Source: Proteromonas lacertae (Eukaryota). From it: a stretch of 64,000 nucleotides of DNA. Below the pieces are notes generated by a model. That model did no database searches. It saw only the letters and a list, made by a program, of their open reading frames with translations, and was not told the DNA's origin. Below are positions 1 to 15,000 of this stretch, one piece after another; within the stretch, counting starts at the first letter, position 1, and each line of letters starts with the position of its first letter. The stretch covers positions 62,001 to 126,000 of the forward strand of contig NGBS01000894.1 in NCBI GenBank assembly GCA_002245135.1, read 5' to 3'. Made by a program: the position numbers and the translations under genes.

Positions 1-1
1 A

Positions 2-3000
2 ACTGAATATGGAACAGGTGATATTAATATTGAAACTGGTGAATCAAATATGACAAGTGGAAGTATATATTTTAACACTGGTAATGCAACTGAACAATCA
101 GGTAATATCAATATGAATGTTGGTGTTAGTAAAAATGATAGTGGAAGTGATATTACCTTTAAAAGTGGTGATTCTGAGAATGTTGGTGGAAATACACTTA
201 TTAAAGGTGGTGAAGGTGCATTAGCTGGTGGTAATGTTACAATTAAAGGTGGAAGTGGTGTTTTGAATGATTCTTTAGCTGGCGAAGGTGGTGATGTTGT
301 TATTCAAAATGGTAATACTGAAAGAAATCCACAAAATATCACTGTTAAAGGTGGTAATAGTAAGAATGAAACAGGTGGTAATATAAGAATGGAATCTGGT
401 GAAAGTAAAACTAAAAATAGTGGTAATGCTGAAATAATGACTGGCAATGAAGATGTGGATGGAATTAGTGGAAATATGTTATTTTCAACTGGTAATTCTA
501 CAGTTTCAGCTGGAAATCTTACTATTAAAACAGGAACAACAAAGAATGGTTATCCAGGTAAAATATCAATGAAAATAGGTAAAACATTGAAAGGATTACC
601 TGGAAATATTGAAATAGATGCAGGAAGCACAAATAATGGTAAAGAAGGTGGAAATGTTACATTTACTGGTGGTGATTCAACTTGTGAAATTGATGGAAAA
701 GGTGGATCATTCCACGCAGAAGCAGGTAGTACAACTAGTCAATCACCAGATTCAAAAGGTGGAGATGCAACTGTAGCTTCAGGATCAGCAGATAAAGGTT
801 CAGGAGGTGATGTAGTAGTATCATCTGGCTTTAGTCTCAGAAAGCACAGCGGTGATATTGTTATTAATACTCCTGAATCTGGTGTTTCTGGTATAAGTGG
901 TAATATTGTGATTGAAGTTGGTGATGCTAATAAAACAGGTAATATTACATTTAACACTGGTGATGCATTTAATAGTTCAGCTGGAGATTTCTATTTAGAA
1001 GTTGGACAAAGTGATGTTGAGAAATCAGGTGAAATAAAAATGGCAGCTGGAGATTCTGATGCTGTGAATGGTGTTGGTGGTAAACTATTAATTAAAGGTG
1101 GTGATGGTAAAGGAACAGCTATTACTGATGGAGGAAGTGGTGGTAATATTGATATGAATGCTGGTCATGGTAATGGACAAAGCAGTAGTAATTCAGGAGG
1201 AAGTATATTATCAGTAGCTGGTTCAGCATTTACTGGTTATGGTGGTAATGTTGCTGCTACATCAGGAACAAGTACAACTGGTAGTAGTGGATCTTTAACT
1301 ATGAAGACATCTGATGCTAAATACAGTGGTGCGAGTGGATCTTTAGCTTATAAGACGGGTGATTCAGCAACTGATACATCAGGATCTTTACTTGTTCATG
1401 GTGGTGATAGTGCTGATAATTCTGGTGGTAAAGTTGATTTACAAGTTGGTTCATCAGCTGTTAAAACAGGAGGAAGAATTATTATCAATGCTGGCTTAGG
1501 TAATAATAAAGGTGGTGATATTGTATTTGAAGCAGGTAATAGTGAATATGAAAAGAGTGGAGATGTTGATATGAAAACAGCTGATAGTGCTAAATCTGGT
1601 GATATTGCTGTTAATACTGGTGATTCTTCAGTTGGAAATGCTGGTACTATTGCTATTAATACTGGATCAGTTTCAAATGGTAAAAGTGGTGATATTGATA
1701 TGAAAGCTGGTGATAGTGAAAAAGAAGATGGAGGAAAAGTTGATATTGAAGCTGGTGAAACTAATGGTTTTGGTAAAACTGGAGGAAAAGTAGGATTTTA
1801 TGGTGGTTTAAGTTCTAACACTAGTAAAGTTGGAGATAATGGTGGTAGTGTTAATCTTCAAGGTGGTGATTCATTAGGTAGTAATAGAATTAATGATGGT
1901 GGTGATATTTTATTAAAAGGAGGTAATGCTACATTTGCAAGTGGTGGTAATATCCATATAGTAAGTGGTGAATCTAATCAAGGAAATAGCGGAAATATCA
2001 CTGCTATTACTGCAAATGGTGGTTTTAAAGGTGATAGTGGATCTATTTACACTGATACAGGTAATTCAACTGAAATTACTGGTGATATTAAATTCATTAC
2101 AGGAGATTCAAGTAAAGGATCAGCTGGATCATTTGAAGCAACAGTTGGTACTTCTGATTTATACAAAGGCGGAGATATTAGAATAAAAGCTGGTTCTACA
2201 AGTGAAACATTACCATCCAGAGGTGGTAATATTGAAATGGAAACTGGATTTTCTCTTCAGAAAACCAGTGGTTATATTTCTATTAATACTAATGAAGGTA
2301 ATTCAACAACTGGTGATATTTCGATGGTTACTGGTGATTCAATTCGTGGATCATCAGGTGAAATAACTGTACAATCAAGAGCTTCAGGAAATATCACAAT
2401 TAATACAGGAAATACTAAAGGTTCACCATCTGGCAATATTGGTATTAAAAGTGGAAAAACAAAATATGTTAAAGGATTACCAGGTGCTATTCAATTATCT
2501 GCTGGTCATGGATTAGCTTCTGATTCTAACCCACAAGGTGCATTTGGTGGTAACTTCAATGTTTCAGCTGGTAATGGTATAAATCAAGGTGGTAATATTA
2601 CATTGCAAAGTGGAAATAGTCGTGGTGGTATAAGTGGAAGTATTAATATGACAACTGGTAGTAGTAATGTATTATCATCTGGTACTTTTAATATTTCAAC
2701 ATCTTCAATAAAGAATGGTGAAACAGGTAATATTAATATGAAAACAGGAGATGCTGTTGATAGGAATGCTGGTTCAATTCGTATGGAAACTGGTGATAGT
2801 TTTGGTAATAAGACAGGAAATATTAATCTTAAAACAGCTCATAATGAAGGATATAGTTCAATTGTTCTTAAAGGTAGTGATAATTATTTCGCTGAAGGAG
2901 AAAGTGGTGCTATTCATATTGAAGCTGGAAATGGTAATGTTGGTGGTAACATCTCTGTTTTGACTGGTAATTCAACTATTAATAGTGGAAATATAACATT

Positions 3001-6000
3001 AAAAGGTGGTGATGCAATAATTGGAACAGGTGGTAATATTGAATTAAATACTGGAATTAGTGGTACATCCTCCACTGGAAATATTACTTTTAATACAGGT
3101 GATTCTATGTTAGATAGTGGAAATATTAATGTAGTAACAGGAGATTCTCATGATAAAACTGGTGAAATTGGTATTAAGAGTGGATCATCTATTGGTCAAG
3201 CTGGTAATATTACATTCAAAGTAGGATCCTCTTATAATACAACAGGTAGTAGTTTGTATATTAAAACAGGAGATGATTCAAATAAAGAAGGTACTGGTAG
3301 TTTGGATTTTACTTCAGGTTCATCACCAATACAATCTGGTAATATTGAATTTAATACTTCATCCTCTGAACAATCATCCTCTGGTAATATGACAATAGAG
3401 ACTGGTGATTCAAATGCTATATCTGGTGATATTGTGTTAAACACTGGTAATTCAAAACAAAGTGGAAATATTACATTCAAATCAGGTGATAATTCAGTTG
3501 GTAATGCATCATCAATTTATTTAGAAAGTGGTAATACTACATCAATGATTGGAGAAGCTGGTTCAATTCATGTTAAAGGTGGAGATATAGATTCACCAAA
3601 TTCAATAGATGCAAGTGGTTCAATCAAAATTAAAGGAGGAGAATCTGTTGAAGATGATGGTGGTGATGTTGAATTAAAAGCTGGATATTCAAATGGAGGT
3701 GTTGCTGGATCAATTGATATTATAACCGCAACAAGCACTGAGAATAGTTCAGGTTCAATTAAAATAAATACTGCTGATAAATTAGTTCCAATGAGTGGTA
3801 ATGTTTCATTAACAACTGGTAATGGTGATAATGAAAGTGGAAATATTACATTTAAATCAGGAGATTCAGTTAATTCAAATAGTGGTTCAATTAATATATC
3901 TACTGGAAATGCTGATAAAACATCAGGAGATATATCAATGGAAAGTGGAAATTCCTTATCTAATAAAGAAGGAGGTGATGTTATGATAGAATCAGGAAAA
4001 GGATTAACTAGTGGTGATATTTCATTTGAAACTGGATTATCAAAGAATGGTGTGTCTGGTAATATTGAAATACAATTAACAAATGGAACAAATGGTCAAT
4101 TAAATATTGAATCAGGTAAATCAAGTAGTAAGCAAGGTGGTAGTATTGAAATGAAAAGTGGTGATAGTAACAATGGTGATGGAGGTAATGTTTTAATGAA
4201 TGTTAATAAATTAAATATTACAAGTGGTGAAGGATATACTAAATCTGGTGATATTAATTTCAATACTCCAAATTCACAAATGACATCTGGTTCAATCAAT
4301 TTAGTTACTTCTGATGCTGATAATGTTACAGGAAATATTAATATTACAACTGGTAATACTGTAAATGGTGAAGCTGGAAGAATAGTATTTGAAGGAGGTC
4401 TTTCTAAAGAGAATCTATCAGATTCTATTAGTATTAATGCTGGTAATGTTAGTAGTAAAGATAATATAGCTGGATCAATCCATATCAATGCTGGTGATTC
4501 TGAAAAAGATGCTGGTTCAATAGTTATTCATGCTGGTGATTCAGAAAGTTTGAATTCTGAATCAAAAGGTGGAAAAGTTGGAATTAAAGGAGGTTTTTCA
4601 AATGACACAAGTGGTTCAATAGCAATGAAAACAGGTGATTCAATTCAAGATAGTGGTAGTATTATATTACAGACAAACAATTTAACAATTCCATTCAAAA
4701 GTGGTAATATTGACATAAAGACTGGTTTAGCAAGTAATATATCTGGAAGTATAGATATTTCAATTGGAGAAAGTAATAATACTGGAAATATTGAAATAGA
4801 AACTGGTGAAGGTGGTGTTAGTGGTGGTATATCCATTCAAACTGGTAATAGTAACAACCAAATAGGAAATGTTTCATTCATTTCAGGTAATGGTACTAAA
4901 GCTGGTGATATTAATATTTCAACAATAAAAGGTGAAAGTGGATCTGGAATGATTGATGTTTCTACTGGAAATGGTAATGATGTTGGAAATATTGAGTTTG
5001 TTACTGGTGAAAATAATATGAGTGATTCTGGTATGATTAAAGTAGCTGTTGGTAAAACAGGATCTAAACAAGGTAATAATCTTGTTATTGAAGGAGGAGA
5101 TAATACTGGAGGAGATGGAACAAGTATTGCTATGAAGAGTGGAAGTGGAAAAGAATCTGGTATTTTAGATGTTAATACAAAAGATTCACAAAAATCTGGC
5201 TCAATCTCATTTGAAGCTGGAAATGGTATTGAAAATGGAGGTAATATTGTTATTAATACTGGAAGTGGAATGAATGGTATTTCAGGAAATATCTCAATGC
5301 AAACTGGATCTGAATTAACAGGAAAGAAATCAGGTGATGTAAATGTATTAACTGGAAATGGTGCTGAATATAGTGGAGATCTAAGAATCAATACTGGAAA
5401 TGCAAATGGAAATAGTGGTAATTTATCATCTATCACTGGTAATTCAAAAGAATCATCTGGTTCTATTAATATATTGACTGGTGAAGGAAGTGTTGAAAGT
5501 GGAGAAATTGATATATCTGTAGGATTATCTGAGAATAATTTAGCTGGCAATATATTGATAGAAGCTGGTTTTACTAGTCATACATCATCTCAAGCAGTTG
5601 GAGGATCGATTGATATGAAAACTGGTGATTCTGAAGAAGTATCGGGTAGTATTAAACTACAATCAGCAAATTCTTCGTTATTGTCAGGATCAATTAATAT
5701 AACAACTGGTAATTCAGTTGATCAAAGTGGAGATTTGAATATTGAAATAGGAAGTGGTAAATCGACAGGTGATTTTATTGCTGAAATTGGTACATCTAAT
5801 GATATTAGTGGTAAAATTGAAATTAGTGGTGGAAATAGTAATCAAGGTGAAGGTGGTAATGTTACTTTTGAATCTGGTTCAGGTAAAGTTGGTGGAGATA
5901 TATTAATCAAATCAAATGATTCTAAATCAAGCGGTAAACTATCATTTACAACCGGAGAAAGTAACATCACTTCAGGATCAATCTCATTAACAACTGGTGA

Positions 6001-9000
6001 AGGTGCAATGAACAGTGGTTATATTAGAATGGAATCTGGATCATCAGAATCAGCAACTGGTGGTGATTTTGATATATCAACAGGAAATAGTGAAACAAAC
6101 CAAGGTGGTATTATTGATATAAAGACTGGTGATTCATTGAGTGGAAATACTGGATCAGTTAATATGAAATCTGGAGAAAGTGATAATGGTGTTTCTGGTA
6201 ATGTTGATATTAAAACTGGTGTTAGTGAAAATGAAATATCAGGAAATATTAACTTCCAAACAGGAAATTCATTAAATACTTCTGGTAATATTACCTTTGA
6301 AAGTGGAGATAGTGTTTATGAACCAGGTTCTATTAATCTAAAGACTGGATCAGATGATACAACAGGATTAGGTGGTTCAATTCTTATGCAATCAGGAAAA
6401 GGATTTACTGGTGGTAATATGACTATTATTACTAGAAGTGCAATGGAAAATGGTAATAGTGGTAGTATTAACTTACATACTGGTAATACCGAATTGAATG
6501 TATCTGGTTCAATAATAATCAATACTGGATCATCTGTATCAGGAAATGGAGGTGATATAATAATATTGACGAAAGAAAGTAAATCCAAATCTAATGGAAA
6601 TATAATATTTGAAAGTGGTTATAGTAAAGAAAATGTTGGTGGTTCAATATCTTTGAAGAGTAATGGAATAGATAGTTCAATTTCGATGAGAAGTTCAAAT
6701 ACTATAAAATATGAAACTGGTTCAAGTGTAAATGAATTAAGTGGTTCAATTCGACTAAAGAGTGGAGGAAGTGATTCGTTCAGTGGTACAATCTCTATTG
6801 AAGGTGGATTTAGTAATGATAAATCAGGTGGTTCAATCAAAATGATAGTAGGCTCAAGTAAATTGAGTGTTGGAAGTGATTTACGATTGGAAAGTGGTTT
6901 ATCTGAAGAAAAGAACAGTGGTTCAATAACAATAAAAAGTGGTGAAAGTGGTTATGGAAGTAGTGGTTCAATCTCAATAAAGAGTTTAGGTAAAAACCAA
7001 AGTGGATCAATTTCAATAATAAGTGGTGAAAGTGTTGATGGATCAAGTGGTTCAATAAAATTTGCCAATGGAAATGGTTTAAGTAGTGGAATAATAGCGA
7101 TAGTAAGTGGAGATAGTCGAAGTAATGAAAGTGGTTCAATCTCTTTCCAAAGTGGTGGATCTGATAAAGAAGGTGGTTCAATTTTAATGGAAAGTGGAAC
7201 CGGAATGTTAAGTGGTTCAATAAGATTGCAAAGTGGTGAATCATCTTCTTTAAGTGGTAGTTTGAATATCATAAGTGGAGATAGTAATAATTCCAAATCT
7301 GGTGATATTGAAATCAAGAGTGGAAATAGTAATGAAGTGAGTGGTGCAATCCGATTAAATGGTGGTAATTCATTGAAGAGTGGAGGTTCAATAATCCTTG
7401 AAAGTGGTAATGGTAAATTACTAGGTGGTTCAATAATGTTATCAAGTGGTTCAAGTGAAAATGGAAGTGGAAAAGTGGAGATGAATGGAGGTGAGATGTT
7501 AATAGAAAGTGGTAATTCCTTATCCAAATCTGGTTCAATAATGTTGAATGTAGGTGAAAGTGAAAAATCTGGTGGTTCAATAATCCTTGAAAGTGGAAAT
7601 GGCTTATTAGGTGGATCAATCATATTAAAGAGTGGTAATTCAAAGAATGAAAGTGGATCATTAAGATTAGAAAGTGGTTCTAGTAAAAAGACCAGTGGTT
7701 CAATATTAATAGCGAGTGGTAAATCCTCCAGAGAAAGTGGTTCAATAAGATTAGAAAGTGGTTCAAGTAATAATAAACCTAGTGGTTCGATTCAATTAAT
7801 AAGTGGAGATAGTTCAAGTGGACAAAGTGGTCGAATAATAATCTCTGTAGGTTCAAGTGAGAGTGAAGGAAGTGATTTAAGAATAAAAGGAGGTAAGAGT
7901 GAGAATGACAATGGTGGTAAAATCGAACTATTAAGTGGTAAAGGTAAATTTGGAAGTGGTATGATAATAATTAATACAGGTAGTTTAATAAAGAATGAAG
8001 GAATAAGTGGTTCAATTTATATAAACAGTGGTAAGAATGCTGAAGAGAAGAGTGGGTCAATATTGTTCCAAAGTGGTGAAGGTAAAAAATCAAGTGGTTC
8101 AATTGAAATCTTTAGTGGTTTATCCTCATCTGGAAATTATGGTTCAATCTCTTTAAAATCTGGTCTGAGTAAAATCGAATTAAATGGATTTGATAATAAG
8201 ATAGATGATAAGAAAGGAAGTGATTTAGAGATATCTAGTGGTTCTGGTTTATCTCAAGGTGGTAATATTTTAATAATCAGTGAATTAAAGAGTTCAATAA
8301 AATTGTCAAGTGGAAGTGGTTTATTAAGTGGTTCAATTTTAATAAAAAGTGATGATAGTGAAAATGAGAGTGGTTCATTGAAAATAAAGAGTGGAGATAG
8401 TTTGAAAGGTGATGGTGGTTCTGTGAAAATGCAAAGTGGATCCAGTGATAGTAATGTAAGTGGAAATGGAGGTAATATCATATTGAAAGGAGGTAAAAGT
8501 GAAAATGATGGTGGAAATGTCGAAGTGATAAGTGGTGATAGTTTATCTGGTGATGGTGGTAAAATGTTATTGAAAGGAGGTGATAGTAAAGGAAATGGAG
8601 GTAATATCACATTAGAAAGTGGAGATGGTGAAATGAATGGTGGAGATAGTTTATTACAAAGTGGATCAAGTACAAAATCAAGTGGTGAAATTTTGATTGA
8701 AAGTGGTTCCAGTAAAAAGACTAGTGGTGATATATCAATCGAAAGTGGTGATTCAGTTTCATCAAGTGGTTCAATAATAATGTCAAGTGGATTTGGAAAT
8801 GAAAGTAGTGGAAATATCGAATTTCAAACTGGTAATGCTTCTGTTCAATCAGGATCAATTTATATTAATGATACTAAATTAGTTAAAATCAATGTCCAAC
8901 CATCTACTCTATCTAATAACACTGTTAGTGCAGCTATTATTGTAGAAACTGGTAAAGTTCAATATGGAGGTAGTGGTAATATTTCCATAGAATCATTGAA

Positions 9001-12000
9001 TAATGTTGTTAGTAGCGAATCAATAAATTTACATACTGGTAATACCGAATTGAATGTATCTGGTTCAATAATAATCAATACTGGATCATCTGTATCAGGA
9101 AATGGAGGTGATATAATAATATTGACGAAAGAAAGTAAATCCAAATCTAATGGAAATATAATATTTGAAAGTGGTTATAGTAAAGAAAATGTTGGTGGTT
9201 CAATATCTTTGAAGAGTAATGGAATAGATAGTTCAATTTCGATGAGAAGTTCAAATACTATAAAATATGAAACTGGTTCAAGTGTAAATGAATTAAGTGG
9301 TTCAATTCGACTAAAGAGTGGAGGAAGTGATTCGTTCAGTGGTACAATCTCTATTGAAGGTGGATTTAGTAATGATAAATCAGGTGGTTCAATCAAAATG
9401 ATAGTAGGCTCAAGTAAATTGAGTGTTGGAAGTGATTTACGATTGGAAAGTGGTTTATCTGAAGAAAAGAACAGTGGTTCAATAACAATAAAAAGTGGTG
9501 AAAGTGGTTATGGAAGTAGTGGTTCAATCTCAATAAAGAGTTTAGGTAAAAACCAAAGTGGATCAATTTCAATAATAAGTGGTGAAAGTGTTGATGGATC
9601 AAGTGGTTCAATAAAATTTGCCAATGGAAATGGTTTAAGTAGTGGAATAATAGCGATAGTAAGTGGAGATAGTCGAAGTAATGAAAGTGGTTCAATCTCT
9701 TTCCAAAGTGGTGGATCTGATAAAGAAGGTGGTTCAATTTTAATGGAAAGTGGAACCGGAATGTTAAGTGGTTCAATAAGATTGCAAAGTGGTGAATCAT
9801 CTTCTTTAAGTGGTAGTTTGAATATCATAAGTGGAGATAGTAATAATTCCAAATCTGGTGATATTGAAATCAAGAGTGGAAATAGTAATGAAGTGAGTGG
9901 TGCAATCCGATTAAATGGTGGTAATTCATTGAAGAGTGGAGGTTCAATAATCCTTGAAAGTGGTAATGGTAAATTACTAGGTGGTTCAATAATGTTATCA
10001 AGTGGTTCAAGTGAAAATGGAAGTGGAAAAGTGGAGATGAATGGAGGTGAGATGTTAATAGAAAGTGGTAATTCCTTATCCAAATCTGGTTCAATAATGT
10101 TGAATGTAGGTGAAAGTGAAAAATCTGGTGGTTCAATAATCCTTGAAAGTGGAAATGGCTTATTAGGTGGATCAATCATATTAAAGAGTGGTAATTCAAA
10201 GAATGAAAGTGGATCATTAAGATTAGAAAGTGGTTCTAGTAAAAAGACCAGTGGTTCAATATTAATAGCGAGTGGTAAATCCTCCAGAGAAAGTGGTTCA
10301 ATAAGATTAGAAAGTGGTTCAAGTAATAATAAACCTAGTGGTTCGATTCAATTAATAAGTGGAGATAGTTCAAGTGGACAAAGTGGTCGAATAATAATCT
10401 CTGTAGGTTCAAGTGAGAGTGAAGGAAGTGATTTAAGAATAAAAGGAGGTAAGAGTGAGAATGACAATGGTGGTAAAATCGAACTATTAAGTGGTAAAGG
10501 TAAATTTGGAAGTGGTATGATAATAATTAATACAGGTAGTTTAATAAAGAATGAAGGAATAAGTGGTTCAATTTATATAAACAGTGGTAAGAATGCTGAA
10601 GAGAAGAGTGGGTCAATATTGTTCCAAAGTGGTGAAGGTAAAAAATCAAGTGGTTCAATTGAAATCTTTAGTGGTTTATCCTCATCTGGAAATTATGGTT
10701 CAATCTCTTTAAAATCTGGTCTGAGTAAAATCGAATTAAATGGATTTGATAATAAGATAGATGATAAGAAAGGAAGTGATTTAGAGATATCTAGTGGTTC
10801 TGGTTTATCTCAAGGTGGTAATATTTTAATAATCAGTGAATTAAAGAGTTCAATAAAATTGTCAAGTGGAAGTGGTTTATTAAGTGGTTCAATTTTAATA
10901 AAAAGTGATGATAGTGAAAATGAGAGTGGTTCATTGAAAATAAAGAGTGGAGATAGTTTGAAAGGTGATGGTGGTTCTGTGAAAATGCAAAGTGGATCCA
11001 GTGATAGTAATGTAAGTGGAAATGGAGGTAATATCATATTGAAAGGAGGTAAAAGTGAAAATGATGGTGGAAATGTCGAAGTGATAAGTGGTGATAGTTT
11101 ATCTGGTGATGGTGGTAAAATGTTATTGAAAGGAGGTGATAGTAAAGGAAATGGAGGTAATATCACATTAGAAAGTGGAGATGGTGAAATGAATGGTGGA
11201 GATAGTTTATTACAAAGTGGATCAAGTACAAAATCAAGTGGTGAAATTTTGATTGAAAGTGGTTCCAGTAAAAAGACTAGTGGTGATATATCAATCGAAA
11301 GTGGTGATTCAGTTTCATCAAGTGGTTCAATAATAATGTCAAGTGGATTTGGAAATGAAAGTAGTGGAAATATCGAATTTCAAACTGGTAAAGCCAATCT
11401 AACTAGTGGTGATTTCTTATTAGAAACTGGATCAACTGCATCTCCAAAACATAGTTCTGGTTCAATCAAATTAACTTCAGCACTAGCTAAAATTGCTTCA
11501 GGATCTATTCATATTGAATCATCCAATGCTACTTATAACTCAGGAAGAGTAATGTTTGCTACTGGTAAAGGTCAGGAGACTGGTAGTATTAATGTCAATA
11601 CAGGAAATTCAACAATTAAATCTGGTGATGTTTATATTCAAACTGGTGAGTCAGTATTAGCTACAAGTATTAATATCATTGCAGGAAACAGCACAAAGAA
11701 TAATGGAGGTAATATAACTGTTAATTCTGGTGCTTCTAATAATAGTATATCAGGATCAATTGGTCTTAGAACAGATAATGGTACTCAATCAAGTTCAATC
11801 TCATTTGAAACAGGAAATGCTACAAAGAAATCTGGTGCTATATTATTAGAAACAGGAGATTCAGAAAGTAAAGAGAGTGGTTCAATTAATATGAAAATTG
11901 GTGAATCAGATGTAGAAGGAGGCAATATTAATATTGATGTAGGAGATTCATCAGATAATGGTGGATCAATAGCATTAACATCTGGTTCTGGGGTAAAATC

Positions 12001-15000
12001 TGGTGAAATTGATATAGAAACAGGTTCAGGAGTTGGTATAAATAGTACAAGTTCAGAAATATCAATTCATTCAGGTGATTCAACAAAAGGAGTGGCTGGA
12101 GATATAAATGTTATTACTGGTTCATCTGAGAAGAATGTAGCAGGTAATATCAATATTAATCCTGGTTTAAGTAATAGAATTCATGGTGCTTCTCTAGATA
12201 TAAAATCAGGAAATGGATCATTGTTTAATGAATCAATTGGTGGAGATATTACATTTAGAGGAGGTAAAGGGTATAACATGAACAGTGGTGGTATAAGCGT
12301 GAATACTCCAAGTAGTTATGAATCTGGTAATAGTGGTTATATAAAATTAGCTACTGGTAATACATTGAACTTTTCATCTGGTAATATTGAGATAGAAACA
12401 GGTGGAGTTTATGAATCAGGAAAAAGTGGTGATATTGAAATGATGATTAAAGAATCAGAATTAAAGGCTGGTGATTTTATTTTAAGTACAGGAAATAGTA
12501 CAATTGGTAATTCAGGTGATATTTCAATAAAATCTGGTGAAGGAAATAAGACCGCTGGTGATTTATATATGAAATCAGGAAATGGTATGGAAAGTGGTTC
12601 TTTAACATTTGAAACTGGAAAATCATATAATATAAGTGGTAAAATTGTTATTAATTCAGGTGATTCTGAAAATAAAGTTGGAACTATCTATTTTGAAGCA
12701 GGAGATTCAACACTAAATAATGGAGGTGATTTATTAATCGAAAGTGGTAATTCATCTACTTCTGCTGGATCAAATGTTTCATTTGTCAGTGGTGAAGGTA
12801 ATAAAGGAAGAATAGTAATTAATAGCGGTTCAGGAAGTAAAAAAGCAGGACAAATCTCAATGAAATTAGGATCTGGAGTTATAAATGGTAAATTCGTGGT
12901 TGTTAATGCTGATAATACTTCAAGATTTGAAGTACAAAGAGATGTTGGCATGACATTTGAAACAGGTTATGGTAAGAATTTCAAAGAACAAATAGGTGGT
13001 GATGCAATTATTAGATTCTCAGAACCAACTTCTCAATTCATTGTAAGACATTCATATGCTGATTTAGATGGACCAACAAAGACAGTATTTAGAGTACAGA
13101 ATGATAAAATATATTCATATGTACCACATCAGGTAGTTGAAGATATATATCCATCTGATAGAAGAATTAAAGAAAATATCAAAGTTATTGATGTAGATAA
13201 TATCTTACAAAGATTACAGTTATTGGAATTAAAGAGTTATACATATACAAAAGAATGGCAAAATGTTCGTGAAATGAAAGCTGGCGATTGGGGTTCAGAT
13301 AGAGCTCATAAAGTTCGTGGTGTTATAGCACAAGAAGCTTATGAAGTATTCCCAGAATACATTGTGTTGGATGAAGAATACAATGTTCCAGAAAAATCAT
13401 TTACTTTGAAGAACTTTATGGAAGTTAATAAGATCAAAATGTCAATTGATTTATTAGCTGCTATACAGTCATTTAATTCACATTTCACACAATATCCAAT
13501 GACGAAATCTGCAACAGGAAGAATATTAATTTCTACTGCTTCTTACAATCAGTATGTTAATAGTGTAGATGGTAGTAACTCTGGTTTTATTTCAATAACA
13601 ACTGGAGATAGTATGAATGCAGAGTCTGGATCTATTAGATTTGAAACAGGAACATCATCAGGTAAAAGTGGTGATATAAAGGTTAAACCAGGTTTAAGTA
13701 ACTCTGGTAATGGTGCATCAATAAGTATAAAAGGTGGAGATAGTAAAAATGATAATGGTGGTCAAGTTTTATTCCAATCAGGTACATCTGATAGAACTTC
13801 AAGTGGAAGAATAGATATAAGTTCAGCTGATGGATCTGAAAGTGGAAATGTAGAGATTACTAGTGGATCTGGAAAAACAAGTGGTGAAATCAAGTTTGAG
13901 ACTGGTAATGGTATAATGGAGACAGGATCTTTAGAATTGTCAACAGGTAATAGTGAAAATAGTCAAAGTGGATCAATTAGATTAGAAACAGGAAAAGGAA
14001 CTAAAAGTGGAAGTGTTAGTATTGTAAGTGGATCAGGAGATAAAGAATCAGGATCAATCAATATGAAAACAGCTGATAATAATAATGGTAAGACAGGAGA
14101 AATTAAGTTTACATCTGGTGATTCAAAATCTAATGGAATTATTAATGTAAAGACAGGTGAATCAAAATCTCAATCAGGATCAGTGAATATTGAAACTGGT
14201 AATGGAAATGAAAAAGCTGGCAATATAAATGTAAAAGCTGGAAAAGGCATTGAAGGTGGAAATATTGAAGTAAGAAGTGAAAGTAGTGAAAAAGTAAGTG
14301 GAAATATTGATATATCAACAGCTGGAGAATCAAATAAAGGTAGTATTTATCTTCATACTGGAGAATCATCTACATCATCTGGATCTATTAATATTAAAGG
14401 TGGTGATGGAGGTGAAAATGGTGCATCAATAATGATGAAATCAGGTGATGGTACAACTCCTTCTCTTGTTGATATTTCAACAGGTGAAAGTAGTGATGAA
14501 AGTGGACTAATAAGAATGACTTCTGGATCTTCTACTAACGGGAGAAGTGGAGATATTATACTTAAATCAGCTAATGCAATGAGAATATCAGGTAATATAA
14601 TATTATCAACTCATGATTCATTAAATTCAGGAAGAATAAATATTGAAGGAGGTAATGGTGATAATGAGAATGGCATAACTGGGTCAATATCATTCAAAGT
14701 AGGCAATTCATTAAACAGTGTAGGTTCAAATATTTTATTGAAAGCTGGTGATTCAAAAATAGAAGGTGGTAATATATTGATGAATAGTGGAACAAGTACA
14801 TCTGATGTAAGTGGATCTATTGATATTAGAATATCTTCAGAAGGTATTACATCTGGATCAATAAATATCAATACAGGAAGTGGTATATCAGAATCAGGAA
14901 ATATTGATATATCAACTGGATATTCATCTCAATCAAGTGGAAATATTGCATTTGAAACTGGTGAATCTGATAGTTATTCAAAACCAATAACATTCAATAT

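Noticed and set aside
12890..13560. True MYRF/Ndt80 transcription factor
   Set aside because: Only the S74/ICA domain is shared. No Ndt80 DNA-binding domain or transmembrane helix is adjacent.
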